Virus genome (UHGV): UHGV-0128156
Strand: one strand, 5' to 3'
Source of the DNA: a virus
Length of the DNA stretch: 47,462 nt
In this document: one piece after another, positions 18,616-27,840 of the stretch
How positions within the stretch are numbered: the first letter of the stretch is position 1
How the letters are laid out: every line of letters starts with the position of its first letter
The notes under the pieces: model-generated
Databases searched by the model: none
What the model saw: the letters and a program-made list of their open reading frames with translations, nothing else
Told to the model about the DNA's origin: nothing
Made by a program: the position numbers and the translations under genes

Positions 18616-19222
18616 TACATTAATGCCCTCATGACTGCCGCGCATTCCTCTTCCATCTTCGTCCGGGATGGCGCAGGTGTTGTTTCGGAAGGAGGCGCAT
18701 TTTCATCGCCAGGGCGGCGGAAAATACCTTGTTTCAGGAAGTAAGCGCGCCAGTGATACAGGGTGTTCGCCGGAAGTGCAGCAATTTTGGATGGGTCAGG
18801 CTCGCCCCAGCGGTCGGCCAGCCAGAAAATCAGCTCCAGCCAGGGCGAGTCATTTAGTTTTTTTCCGCTTCCTCCAGCGTCCCGATGGAGTGGCGTTTCA
18901 CCTTCTCCACGGCTTCCAGCAGCTCTGGGTTTTCATGGGCCTTCAGCAGCTCTGCAGCCGTTGGCTTTAATTCATCGGGAATAGCCGTTCCGTCTGGCTG
19001 AACCAGCGCATCGATAATGATCTGGACTAAATGCTCGGATGCCTCGCGCGGTACCCCAGCTTTTGTTGATTCCACCATTTTTTCTTCGTAGCTAATCAGT
19101 TCATCCCCGGTCAGGCGGCGGATATAAACTTTTGCGCCGAATATTTCGGTTTTAACTACCGTCGGGACTGATTTAAGAAGCGCGGATTTAAGCGCGGACA
19201 GGTCAAAATCTTTATCTTTCAC
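18615..19222 (-). CDS. Tail assembly chaperone G-T fusion produced by programmed -1 frameshift near the 3' end of G
   Basis: The -1 frame stays open from the slippery site to a TAA that overlaps the tape measure ATG. There is no in-frame start for the T segment. Confidence 0.6.
18854..19222 (-). CDS. G: Tail assembly chaperone G (GTG start)
   Basis: 122-aa acidic protein between the major tail protein and the tape measure gene. AAGGA RBS. Confidence 0.75.
   Translation of the reverse strand: MKDKDFDLSALKSALLKSVPTVVKTEIFGAKVYIRRLTGDELISYEEKMVESTKAGVPREASEHLVQIIIDALVQPDGTAIPDELKPTAAELLKAHENPELLEAVEKVKRHSIGTLEEAEKN
18857..18863 (-). promoter_or_regulatory. Putative -1 ribosomal frameshift slippery heptamer A_AAA_AAC
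   Basis: Minus strand reads GCG GAA AAA AAC TAA, the last sense codons of G. X XXY YYZ slippery pattern. Confidence 0.55.
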
Positions 19223-19232
19223 AGGGCGTCCT

Positions 19233-19262
19233 TAAAAATAAAAAGCCACCCGGAGGTGGCTA
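19233..19262 (-). terminator. Intrinsic terminator downstream of the major tail protein gene
   Basis: Minus strand reads AGCCACCTCCGGGTGGCT followed by TTTTTATTTTTAAGGA. Confidence 0.7.
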
Positions 19263-19285
19263 TCTGTTATTGGTAAAAATGCTGA

Positions 19286-19753
19286 TTATTCGCCGCCAGC
19301 ATCGGCACCGGCAGTACCCCACTTAATGCTGTTTTGCTTGCCTTGCACGGTGATCTGAATGACTTCACTCGCTGGCGCGGTGATTTCATTCATCTGCCAG
19401 CCAGACAACGCCAGCAGCATTGTTGCGGTACGTTTGTTCGGCAGCTCAACATAAAGCTGAATGGTCTCGCGGGCCTCTGCTGCATTAAGTAACGCCGTAA
19501 AGCTCGCATTCGCAGGATCGTCAATGAACCCCAGCGACTTTTCCGGGCCATCCGGCAGATCACTGATTGACTGCTTTTGCTTATCCTTCAGCGTGGTGCA
19601 GTCAACGAACCCACCTGTCTGGCCCATCGCGCCCAACGCTTTACAGTTATCAAGCGGCTTCAACGCCGCTAGCGCGTCGCCGGGTTTCCCCCATTTGGTT
19701 AGCGTGCCTGCAGGCAGCATTGCATACTCAGGCGATGTCTGATTCTCAGCCAT
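19286..19753 (-). CDS. Major tail (tube) protein
   Basis: 155-aa protein immediately upstream of G/G-T, followed by an attenuator-type terminator. Position is equivalent to lambda V. Confidence 0.65.
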   Translation of the reverse strand: MAENQTSPEYAMLPAGTLTKWGKPGDALAALKPLDNCKALGAMGQTGGFVDCTTLKDKQKQSISDLPDGPEKSLGFIDDPANASFTALLNAAEARETIQLYVELPNKRTATMLLALSGWQMNEITAPASEVIQITVQGKQNSIKWGTAGADAGGE

Positions 19754-19787
19754 GATTATTCTCTCTTATATGAATCGGTAGCGGTCG

Positions 19788-20189
19788 CTACCTGTTTTGA
19801 ATACCGTTTCGAATTTCCACGGTCAGGACGCGCAAAACAGTCTGGACGTTGTAATCCAGGGCGGGTCGAATAAAGGGGTCTGCAACCTGCTTAACCGTGC
19901 CGAACTCCTGCGCCAGCGCCTTCATATGGTGCTGCTTGCTGGGGCCAACACGGAGCGTTACAACCGCATTCCCTTGCGCCTTTCGGGTAGAAGAGCGGAT
20001 TTTGATTGAATCCCGCATGTGCTGCCCGGTCGACGTTTCGTCGAAGCCGGCATGCTGCTTCATATCCTCCTCGACTACCTTTAATGCCTCGCGACCGGCA
20101 TCCCGTAACACCTTCGTCGCGACCTTTTCTCCCAGGGCGGTTAACTGCCGTTCCAGCTCATCCAGCCCTTTAACTTCCATCCGAATCAC
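19788..20189 (-). CDS. HK97 gp10-like tail component protein
   Basis: MEVKGLDELERQL...DSIK...EFGT pattern typical of the HK97-gp10 family. Confidence 0.6.
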   Translation of the reverse strand: MIRMEVKGLDELERQLTALGEKVATKVLRDAGREALKVVEEDMKQHAGFDETSTGQHMRDSIKIRSSTRKAQGNAVVTLRVGPSKQHHMKALAQEFGTVKQVADPFIRPALDYNVQTVLRVLTVEIRNGIQNR

Positions 20190-20575
20190 GATGTATCCTC
20201 CACATAGTGAATGATGAAGTCGCGAATCAGGCGGTACTGGATGCTGCGGTTCGTCAGCGTCGTTTTATCCTGTTGAATGCCACCACGCTCAACATACTGG
20301 ACCGGGACGCCATCCAGCTGGCCATGAACGATTGACTTCCATTCCGACCAGATTTTTTTATCCAGCTGCAGCAGTGAGGTGTAATCATCAACACGATACA
20401 GATTCACCTGGATACGGGCCGATACGATCCCCGTCCGCAATGTTCCCGAGTACATTTCCGGGTCAGAAATACGCTGAAAGGTCACCCCTTCCTGGACCGT
20501 ATCCGGCAGTAAAAGCGGGTACGCATTCATGCCGGTGATGCGCTCCAGCTCATTTTTAATCGCCAGTTCTATCAT
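20186..20575 (-). CDS. Putative head-tail joining / tail completion protein (start uncertain)
   Basis: Lies between the adaptor and the gp10-like gene. Start chosen at MIELAIKNELERI. The long N-terminal extension given in the ORF track looks non-coding. Confidence 0.45.
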   Translation of the reverse strand: MIELAIKNELERITGMNAYPLLLPDTVQEGVTFQRISDPEMYSGTLRTGIVSARIQVNLYRVDDYTSLLQLDKKIWSEWKSIVHGQLDGVPVQYVERGGIQQDKTTLTNRSIQYRLIRDFIIHYVEDTS

Positions 20576-20894
20576 GCCGCCCGTCTGCCTCCCCGGTAAT
20601 GATGATCTGGTCCGTTTTTCGGTCGATATTGCGGACGGTATAAACCAGGTCTTTTGTCGTGATTTTCCAGTCGATATCGACCACCACGCCCGGATAGACG
20701 GTAAACAAGCAGGTTTCCATAACCTGCTGCTGGTCCATCGTGCGGACTTTTCTACCTGATACCAGCTCCCGCTTTGCCCAGGCCTTTCCCGATTCAACTA
20801 ACTTTTCCGGCAGCGGTTCGCCCAACGGCCCACGACCGGACTGAAGATAGCTAATCGTAATGCGGCAGTTCATCTCTCCCGGTTTCAGGCTCAT
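20556..20894 (-). CDS. Head-tail adaptor / head closure protein
   Basis: About 112 aa. ATGA-coupled to the upstream connector gene. Start at MSLKPGEMN. Confidence 0.5.
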   Translation of the reverse strand: MSLKPGEMNCRITISYLQSGRGPLGEPLPEKLVESGKAWAKRELVSGRKVRTMDQQQVMETCLFTVYPGVVVDIDWKITTKDLVYTVRNIDRKTDQIIITGEADGRHDRTGD

Positions 20895-21208
20895 ACGGTG
20901 TGCTCCTGAATAGGGAAAAGGAGATACTTCACTGCTGCGGTTTCCAGCCATTGCCCGGTGTGGCCATTCAGGTATGCATCACTGACCAGATACTGGATGG
21001 CCAGCTTGATATCTTCGTCCGCGATGAATCCGCGTTCCGTCTCCGGGAGCGCCTGCAGCTCTTCATCATTGCTGACCAACTTGCAGTAATAATCACGCTC
21101 GATACTCCGCTGCGCGGCGTTAACCATCTGCGTGAGCATGGCGTCATGCTCCGTGAAATCCAGCTCCAGGCGAAGCTGGGTTTTCACCTCAGCCAATGTC
21201 AGTATCAA
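20891..21208 (-). CDS. gp6-like head-tail connector protein
   Basis: N-terminus MILTLAEVKTQLRLELDFTEHDAMLTQMVNAA matches the conserved start of Phage_connect_1 / gp6 proteins. Confidence 0.65.
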   Translation of the reverse strand: MILTLAEVKTQLRLELDFTEHDAMLTQMVNAAQRSIERDYYCKLVSNDEELQALPETERGFIADEDIKLAIQYLVSDAYLNGHTGQWLETAAVKYLLFPIQEHTV

Positions 21209-21647
21209 AGTCGCTGTCTCCCGGTTTGGGCGTCATCGCGCGCTTAGCGTCTTTCGGCCATACCGCAATACCGCGAGAAACCAGCTCTTCCGCGTACTTA
21301 CTGTCAAAACATGCGATATCACCGCGTGAATAACGATGGTGTGGGCCGAGGAATGTAACGGCTTTACGTTCTGACATCTTTACCTCCGCAGGGGCCTGCT
21401 TCCCACTTTGACTATTATCTGAGCCGGTATTGTCCTGCTCACCCACGGACGCGTCGGGATCGGTGTCGCTACCTGATGTATTTTCCCCACCTTCAGCATC
21501 ACCACCACCGTCGGAGCCACCTGTGGCGTCACCGGTATTACTGCTGGCCGCATCAACGACAGTATCACTCGCGCTGGAAGCATCCAGGGACGCATCAGTA
21601 GTCGTCTCATCTTTGCTCGCCGCTGTTTTCGTTGTTTTTCCTGCCAT
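21189..21647 (-). CDS. Hypothetical head-module protein with a long Ser/Thr/Asp/Gly-rich disordered N-terminus
   Basis: ATG start with AGGAGA RBS. Low-complexity N-terminal 90 aa and a small globular C-terminal domain. Sits between the capsid and connector genes. Confidence 0.5.
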   Translation of the reverse strand: MAGKTTKTAASKDETTTDASLDASSASDTVVDAASSNTGDATGGSDGGGDAEGGENTSGSDTDPDASVGEQDNTGSDNSQSGKQAPAEVKMSERKAVTFLGPHHRYSRGDIACFDSKYAEELVSRGIAVWPKDAKRAMTPKPGDSDFDTDIG

Positions 21648-21663
21648 TTGCTATCTCCTGTCT

Positions 21664-21695
21664 TTGAAACAGAAAAGCCCGCGTGAGCGGGCCTT
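21664..21695 (-). terminator. Intrinsic terminator after the major capsid gene
   Basis: Minus strand reads GCCCGCTCACGCGGGC followed by TTTTCTGTTT. Confidence 0.65.
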
Positions 21696-21713
21696 GTTGG
21701 TGTATACGATAAG

Positions 21714-23000
21714 TTAGAACAGAACACCGGTACCCAGCACCAGACCTTCCGGGTGACGGAAACCGATATCGTGTTCAGTTACAACGCGGATCAGCGACTG
21801 GTTACGGGAGAACGCGGAAACCAGCTTGCCATCGGTATCGATGTAGGAGGCCTCTTTGGAGAAATCGACCTTCATGTTGCCGTCTTCCCCGATGACTACA
21901 TCGTTAAAGTCAGCGAAGTAAATTTCTGACTCTTTCCCGCCCTCTCCGAGGTTCGCCGGAATCGCGCTGGTACGCTGAATTGGATAACCCTTCAGCATCC
22001 CTTGCGCCATTTCCGGGTAGACTTTGTTACCGTTACCGTCGCGCAAGCCAAACAGCGTCATATAGGTACGGTTAGACATACCCCAGCCGCTGCTGATCAT
22101 GTTGCTGTTACCATCCATCGACATCAGGATGATGGAATCCAGATACTTATCAATCGTATCCAGATTAACTGCCGCGTCTGCCGCCCAAGGCTTCAAGCGG
22201 TTCCACTGAGTTGCACGCGCTTTCATACCAATTGGGGTATCGCCGGTGCCATCATCACGCATAAAGGCTTTATCTTCACGAACGGAGATGGCCGTCAGAA
22301 TATCCTGCAGGACCAGCTGCTCGACGTTAAACCCAGCGCGACCAATCAGTGCGTTAGAGATCGGGACCATAGCAATCATGGTTTTCGCCGTCAGTTTCAC
22401 ATCATCAAAACGTGCCTCAGAAACTTTGGCATCCTGGTTTTCACCGGTATAACTTGCCGTTGCACCACCGGCCAGGCGCGGTAACGACATGTTGCCGTTT
22501 GGCAACGGAATTGAACGAGCACCTAACTTACGAACGATGGTGCGATCACGCAGCAACTCGATCACTTCGCTGTGAATATTCTGGGGGATAAGTACCCCGC
22601 CGGAACCAGCGGCAGTTGAAATGGCCATCGAGACGGACTGGTCATTCAGTTCGTCGCTGGCAAACTTCGCTGCATCCTGCAAATTACCCTGCGCAGCGGC
22701 AATAGACATCACCATGCGCGTCATGCCAGCGCCGGTGTATTGCTTCGGCTCCGCTTTGACAATGACTGCCGGGCCGTGTTGGGTAGCTTTGACTGGCTTC
22801 GCGACCACTGCAGCGGCGCGTTCCGCCGCCTCCATACGATCCATTTTGGCGCTGATATCAGTGAACTGCTGCTGCAGGTTAGCAAACTCTGTCAACTGCT
22901 CTGCTGTCAGCGTACCGCCGTTCGCTTCAATGGTTGCCAGGGCCTGAACTTGTTCGTTGATACCCGCACGCTGACGACGCAATTCTTCAATCTGTGGCAT
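21714..23000 (-). CDS. Major capsid protein, HK97 fold, with N-terminal scaffold-like delta domain
   Basis: 428 aa with a coiled N-terminal ~100 aa, then HK97-type capsid sequence features. Follows the prohead protease. Confidence 0.85.
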   Translation of the reverse strand: MPQIEELRRQRAGINEQVQALATIEANGGTLTAEQLTEFANLQQQFTDISAKMDRMEAAERAAAVVAKPVKATQHGPAVIVKAEPKQYTGAGMTRMVMSIAAAQGNLQDAAKFASDELNDQSVSMAISTAAGSGGVLIPQNIHSEVIELLRDRTIVRKLGARSIPLPNGNMSLPRLAGGATASYTGENQDAKVSEARFDDVKLTAKTMIAMVPISNALIGRAGFNVEQLVLQDILTAISVREDKAFMRDDGTGDTPIGMKARATQWNRLKPWAADAAVNLDTIDKYLDSIILMSMDGNSNMISSGWGMSNRTYMTLFGLRDGNGNKVYPEMAQGMLKGYPIQRTSAIPANLGEGGKESEIYFADFNDVVIGEDGNMKVDFSKEASYIDTDGKLVSAFSRNQSLIRVVTEHDIGFRHPEGLVLGTGVLF

Positions 23001-23021
23001 TTTATTTCTCTCTTTTTTAGG

Positions 23022-23052
23022 TATAAAAAAAGCAGCCCGAAGGCTGCTTTCT
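23022..23052 (-). terminator. Terminator-like hairpin between the protease and capsid genes
   Basis: Minus strand reads AAAGCAGCCTTCGGGCTGCTTT followed by TTTTTATACC. Confidence 0.5.
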
Positions 23053-23075
23053 GGTAGTGACGCGTTTGCGTCGGG

Positions 23076-23996
23076 TTACATTTTGGTTTGCAGGTCCATC
23101 GCGGCTGCCTGCATCTGAATGGAGGTTTTTTGACGGGGTTGCTTATACTTCGCGGCGATCGCATTAATCGCCGACTGTGGGTCTGAGATTTCATCAGCAA
23201 GGCCAGCTGAAACAGCGCCTGGACCGAAATACAGCCCAGCTTGCGTATCAACGATGACCTGACGGTCGAGGCCGCGATATTCCGCTACTGACCCGGTAAA
23301 CGTCTCGTACATTTCGTCAATCATCCCCTGGAACATGGCCTGTGCTTCTTCGCTCAGTGGCTCATGTTGGGTACCGTTATTTTTGTTATCACCCCGGAAG
23401 ATCGTGGTAAACGTCAGCCCCATTTTCTCTTCCAGCTTTGATGTGTCCAGGTGCTCCATAATCACACCGATGGAACCTACACCACTGGTCTGGCTTACGA
23501 TGATTTTGCTGCAGGCCGATGCGATGAAATACGCGGCTGAAAAAGCGTTGTAATTCACAATTGCCGTGATGGGCTTCGTCTCGCGAGACTGATAAATGTA
23601 ATCAGCCAGCTCTTTACAGCCCACTGCCGCACCGCCGCCGGAGTTAATATCCAGAACGATTTCGCTGATTGATGGATCGTTTAATGCCGCGTTCAGCTGG
23701 CTGCGGATTCGCTCATAGCTCGTCAGCTCCGTGCAGGCCTGCGTGATTTGTCCGCGACGCGCTACCAGCAATCCGTGAACAGGAATAACAGCCACACCAC
23801 CGGCTGGCTGTACCTGCTCCGATGCCGGTGCTTTCTCCGGGTCCAGCGCTAACTGGATGCCGCTATTCTCTACCGTTCCCTGGATGCGGGGGATTAGTAC
23901 CGCCTTTACTGAGTCCATCGTTTGTCGTGATACGTAATGCGGCACGCCAAAGACCATCTCCGCAAGGTGCGGAAGGTTAATTAATTTCGTTGTCAT
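23076..23996 (-). CDS. Prohead protease, peptidase S49 (ClpP/SppA-like)
   Basis: S49-like motifs and a head-maturation position between portal and capsid. Confidence 0.8.
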   Translation of the reverse strand: MTTKLINLPHLAEMVFGVPHYVSRQTMDSVKAVLIPRIQGTVENSGIQLALDPEKAPASEQVQPAGGVAVIPVHGLLVARRGQITQACTELTSYERIRSQLNAALNDPSISEIVLDINSGGGAAVGCKELADYIYQSRETKPITAIVNYNAFSAAYFIASACSKIIVSQTSGVGSIGVIMEHLDTSKLEEKMGLTFTTIFRGDNKNNGTQHEPLSEEAQAMFQGMIDEMYETFTGSVAEYRGLDRQVIVDTQAGLYFGPGAVSAGLADEISDPQSAINAIAAKYKQPRQKTSIQMQAAAMDLQTKM

Positions 23997-24033
23997 GGTT
24001 TTTTACCGGGTAAGCCCGCACTGCGGGTAGTAT

Positions 24034-25299
24034 TCAGGATCGGGACAGGATGGTGTTGATTTCCGCCATCTGCTGCGCGGTCGGCTTCTTATCGCCAGGG
24101 ATGATTTGTGCGCTGTCGACCATATTCAGCGGCGTCAGATATTTTTCACCTCCGGCTATCGGCGGCAGGTTCTCCATACGCCGGATATCGTTAACCGACA
24201 ACCAGCCCCACTGGCGGCCAAGCGCATAGGACTCATAACGCGATTTCTGATCGCCACGCAGTAAGCCGGAAACGTTGAATTCGATATACAAGTCACGGCG
24301 TTCGCTGGGCAACAACAAATCACGCTGCAGCGCGCCTTCATGGCGCTTCAACCACGCCAGCAGCGTATACATCACGAACTGCAGGCCCTGGTGCTCGATG
24401 TTGTTGTTGGTCGCTTTCGCCAGCATTTGCACCATATGTGGCGGGATTTTGTAGAGGCGGCAAACCTCTTCCACGCCCCACTGACGCGACTGCAGCAGCT
24501 GCGCTTTCTCGTTATCCTGCGAGAGCGATTTGTAACTCATCCCCTCCTGCAGCAGCGCCACGGAGAACATGTTGTGTATCCCGGAATAGCGGTCGGTCCA
24601 TTTCGCCAGCAGGCGGTCAATCGCGTCCTGACTTTTAATTGCTCCCGCTTCTTTTGGCCGTTCAATCACGCCGCTCATTGTAGTGCCACGACGGAACACG
24701 GCTGATGCATGCTCTTCAACTGCCAGATTCAGGCCAAGAACGTCGGCGTTCGTCTGAATGGGAGAGGTCCCGATATAGCCATCCAGCGAAAATACTTTCA
24801 CATGGTGCATCATGCGCATTGGTAGGGTTTCGCCGATTTCGGGGATTTCGTAATACGGCATCCCATCTGGCCCCTTCAGGACAATCACCTTTTTCGGGTT
24901 AATTGGGATCAGCTCTTTCGGGTAGCCTTTTCCATCGCGGTCGATGATCGAGTAGCAATTTCCCTCCAGCCCCAGCAATCCCTGCTGTTGCTCAAAGTAC
25001 TCGAATGAGGTGTCTTTTTTGTTTGGCTGGGAGTGAATCAGGTCATAAATCGGGTGGTCTGTCGCGCGTTGCCGCCCTCCATTTTTATCTCGTCGATAAA
25101 GTTCGACAGGCAGCTGCGCGACGGACTCCGCCAGGAGGGTTACGCACGCTCGAACAGCGGAAAGTGCAAGCGCCGTTTCCGGCGTAATCATGATGCCGGC
25201 TTTACTCTGGCTTGAACTGACGCCGCCCAGCATCGCCTCCCAAAAACCGCCCCCTGAGACGGACCGTTTTTGTCCACGAAACATTTGGGGAATAAACAT
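24034..25299 (-). CDS. Portal protein (HK97 family)
   Basis: 421 aa directly downstream of terL. Portal-like composition. Coupled by TAATG to the upstream small ORF. Confidence 0.8.
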   Translation of the reverse strand: MFIPQMFRGQKRSVSGGGFWEAMLGGVSSSQSKAGIMITPETALALSAVRACVTLLAESVAQLPVELYRRDKNGGRQRATDHPIYDLIHSQPNKKDTSFEYFEQQQGLLGLEGNCYSIIDRDGKGYPKELIPINPKKVIVLKGPDGMPYYEIPEIGETLPMRMMHHVKVFSLDGYIGTSPIQTNADVLGLNLAVEEHASAVFRRGTTMSGVIERPKEAGAIKSQDAIDRLLAKWTDRYSGIHNMFSVALLQEGMSYKSLSQDNEKAQLLQSRQWGVEEVCRLYKIPPHMVQMLAKATNNNIEHQGLQFVMYTLLAWLKRHEGALQRDLLLPSERRDLYIEFNVSGLLRGDQKSRYESYALGRQWGWLSVNDIRRMENLPPIAGGEKYLTPLNMVDSAQIIPGDKKPTAQQMAEINTILSRS

Positions 25300-25478
25300 T
25301 ATTTCTCCCCGTTATTTTTAACGCTGGCAGATGCCGAGCGCGCGATTAAAAAAGACCAGAGCAGGCAGATGATCCCGCCGGTGATAAACCCCGCTGCAGG
25401 TAATACAAGCCAGGCTCCAGCAGAAACCAATAAAGCCCCGGCAAGGCCAATAATGAAACTCAGAATTGTGATTAACAC
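25299..25478 (-). CDS. Putative 59-aa two-TM membrane protein between terminase and portal (GTG start)
   Basis: GTG LITILSFIIGLAGALLVSAGAWLVLPAAGFITGGIICLLWSFLIARSASASVKNNGEK. The start overlaps the terL stop and the stop overlaps the portal ATG as TAATG. Below the ORF-track length cutoff. Confidence 0.35.
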   Translation of the reverse strand: MLITILSFIIGLAGALLVSAGAWLVLPAAGFITGGIICLLWSFLIARSASASVKNNGEK

Positions 25479-27181
25479 GCTACATCTTCCTCATCATATA
25501 CCGATGTACCGCCACTGCTTTCATTCAGCATTGCGCGAGTCATAGCGTTAAATAACGCCGTGGCCCCATCGATTTTGCTTTGATTGTCTCCCTTTGTAGG
25601 GCGAACGAGATCGTCGCTACCAGGGATAAATTTCCCGATAACGTTGCTGATACACCAGGTAAGAATGGGATTGCCATCATGGTGGAATCGGCCACCGGCC
25701 AGAGCCGCTTCCAGCTCCTTCATTGCCGGTGACATATTGGTATAGTCCTGCCGGATATCGACCACGGTAAACCCGTTATCTTCCAACTGGTGGCGAAGCG
25801 CTGTTGCTCCTGCAGGGTCGATATCAATCTCGTCAATGCGGGTTTCACCCTGCATGTCGAGAATGCTGGCCAGAATCTCCCGATAATCAGCCTCAGCGCC
25901 ATCTGTAGCCTCCAGAACCCTCATTTCATAGAATTTCTGGTATCGGTCTGCCGTCTTCAGCAGCTTTGGATCGGTTGTATTGATTGTGTCTTCTGGCACC
26001 CAAAATTTAGGCTTGATGCAGTAGTAATGCCGCTTACCTTCAATTTCCCGCGTAAACAACCGTATCCCGGCGTTCATATCCAGCTTTTTCGCAAGGTCGA
26101 GACCAATGTTGCAGCTGTCGTTGGCAAAATCTGCCAGCTCAAGACTAGGGTCTTCAGCCGCTTTCCACTGCTCCATGTTGTAGAACGCGGATTTACCGGA
26201 TACCCAGATATTGAGACGTTTGGTCTTAAAGGCATTAACCTTGCGGGGAACCTGTTTTGCTACTTCCAGAAGCTCAACCAGGTCGCTGTACTTAACCGAA
26301 ACATCCAGATTTGGGTTAGCTTTAATTAAGTTTTTCGGGTCGGTCCAGTCATCGCCAGCATCCAGTTCGTAAATCATGCCAAACAGGCGATCATTACGGG
26401 TAATGCCTTCGATAACCTCTTTAACTTCCTTATCCTTGTCATAGCAAGGGGACTCAAGTGACGAACCGGCTGTCGTGATGATGAGCGTTAATGGCTGCGA
26501 ACGGGCGCCCATACCCATCGTCATCGCTTCATACATATGATCCGTATCATGCTCATGATACTCGTCAATGATCGCGCAATGCGGGCTATCGCCATCGCCG
26601 GGTTTCCCCGCCATAGGCGCAAAAACAGAACCATCCGGGCGGGTCAGGCTGTCGGTCCATACCGAAATATCAAATCTGGCGCGTAGTGCTGGCAGGCGGC
26701 TGGCCATCTGCCTGGCTGGGGTGAAAACCTTTTTCGCCTGCGCCATTGTTGTCGCACCGCAATACACTTCTGCGCTATTTTCACCATCAGCGCAGAACAT
26801 GTAGGTGCCAATCCCGGCAGCAAAAAACGATTTCCCGTTTTTCCTTGCTACCCGGATATACGCTTCGCGAAATCGGCGTTTTTTATCCTTTTTCGTGACC
26901 CAGCCAAAAATCGAACTGAATATAAAAGTTTGCCACGGTTCCAGCTTTAATTTCTGTCCGGCTAAATCGCCGCTGGAGTGAGGTAATAGCTGAACGAACC
27001 GGCAGGCTCTTTCTGCTAAATCCCGGTCGAATCGGTAAGGGTAATTGCTATCGAGTGATTTCTTTAAGTCGTCAAAATGGCGCTGGCATGCCAGCCGGAT
27101 AGCTCTGCAGGCGACTATTTTTCCGTCTACAATATCCCGCGCATATTTGTTCGCCACATTGACGTTTGGATATGCGGCCAT
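25472..27181 (-). CDS. Terminase large subunit
   Basis: Walker A-like VARKNGKS. Terminase_1-type nuclease C-terminal half. 569 aa. Confidence 0.9.
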   Translation of the reverse strand: MAAYPNVNVANKYARDIVDGKIVACRAIRLACQRHFDDLKKSLDSNYPYRFDRDLAERACRFVQLLPHSSGDLAGQKLKLEPWQTFIFSSIFGWVTKKDKKRRFREAYIRVARKNGKSFFAAGIGTYMFCADGENSAEVYCGATTMAQAKKVFTPARQMASRLPALRARFDISVWTDSLTRPDGSVFAPMAGKPGDGDSPHCAIIDEYHEHDTDHMYEAMTMGMGARSQPLTLIITTAGSSLESPCYDKDKEVKEVIEGITRNDRLFGMIYELDAGDDWTDPKNLIKANPNLDVSVKYSDLVELLEVAKQVPRKVNAFKTKRLNIWVSGKSAFYNMEQWKAAEDPSLELADFANDSCNIGLDLAKKLDMNAGIRLFTREIEGKRHYYCIKPKFWVPEDTINTTDPKLLKTADRYQKFYEMRVLEATDGAEADYREILASILDMQGETRIDEIDIDPAGATALRHQLEDNGFTVVDIRQDYTNMSPAMKELEAALAGGRFHHDGNPILTWCISNVIGKFIPGSDDLVRPTKGDNQSKIDGATALFNAMTRAMLNESSGGTSVYDEEDVAC

Positions 27182-27215
27182 GCTCCGTCCTTAAGTCATT
27201 AGGGCCGCACCACAA

Positions 27216-27650
27216 TTAAAAATCGTCGAACTCACCGCTGGAATTATTATTATCTCCGGGCTGTTTCTTCAGGATGCGGCTATTGGGGTCCAGCTTTAAT
27301 ACAACGGAGAGTCGAATTAATTCGCTGATATAACGGCTGCGTGCTTTTACTGCTGCGCCAAGTTTCTGGCCACCGGCTGCGGTATCATCACCAAGGCCAT
27401 CGCTTTTAATTTCCTGATTGGCGTCGTACAGCAGCTGCACGGTATTGCAGTACTCCATCAGCAAATAACAATCCTCCATCTGGAACGTGCCACGGCTAAT
27501 CAAAATTTTGCACGTCCGTCTCCAGGCATCGATGGCCATCTCACCCAGCAGTTCATCTGGCGGAGTTACCGCTCTGGTAACAGGACTAACCTGGGTTCCT
27601 GTGTTGTTCGATTTTCTTCCAGCACCAGGTGATCGCATCCCTGTAGTCAT
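27216..27650 (-). CDS. Terminase small subunit (P27 family)
   Basis: N-terminal GMRSPGAGRKSN motif. Position upstream of terL. Confidence 0.7.
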   Translation of the reverse strand: MTTGMRSPGAGRKSNNTGTQVSPVTRAVTPPDELLGEMAIDAWRRTCKILISRGTFQMEDCYLLMEYCNTVQLLYDANQEIKSDGLGDDTAAGGQKLGAAVKARSRYISELIRLSVVLKLDPNSRILKKQPGDNNNSSGEFDDF

Positions 27651-27840
27651 TAAAAAGCACCCCAAAACGTCCCAAAAAAAATTCTTATTTCTCACGCGCA
27701 AAAATCTACCTGAAGCGGCAGTCCCGAAGCGCGAAAGGGGTTAGGGATTTGAACCCCCTTCCCCCTGGCGGCAGTTGCCTCAGTCGAGGTGGAAGTCGCC
27801 ATTCGGGCCGCGGCCTGACCGCTTTAATACTTCATCGTTT

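Noticed and set aside
18668-18984. Plus-strand ORFs of 73 and 100 aa across the G-T region
   Set aside because: The region is fully accounted for by the minus-strand G gene and its -1 frameshift extension.
27734-27758. tRNA-like GGTTCAAATCC motif upstream of terS
   Set aside because: The sequence is a simple 8-bp inverted repeat (AAGGGGTT...AACCCCTT) with no acceptor or anticodon arms, and is not followed by a U-tract. It is possibly a cos-proximal or regulatory hairpin but not a tRNA.
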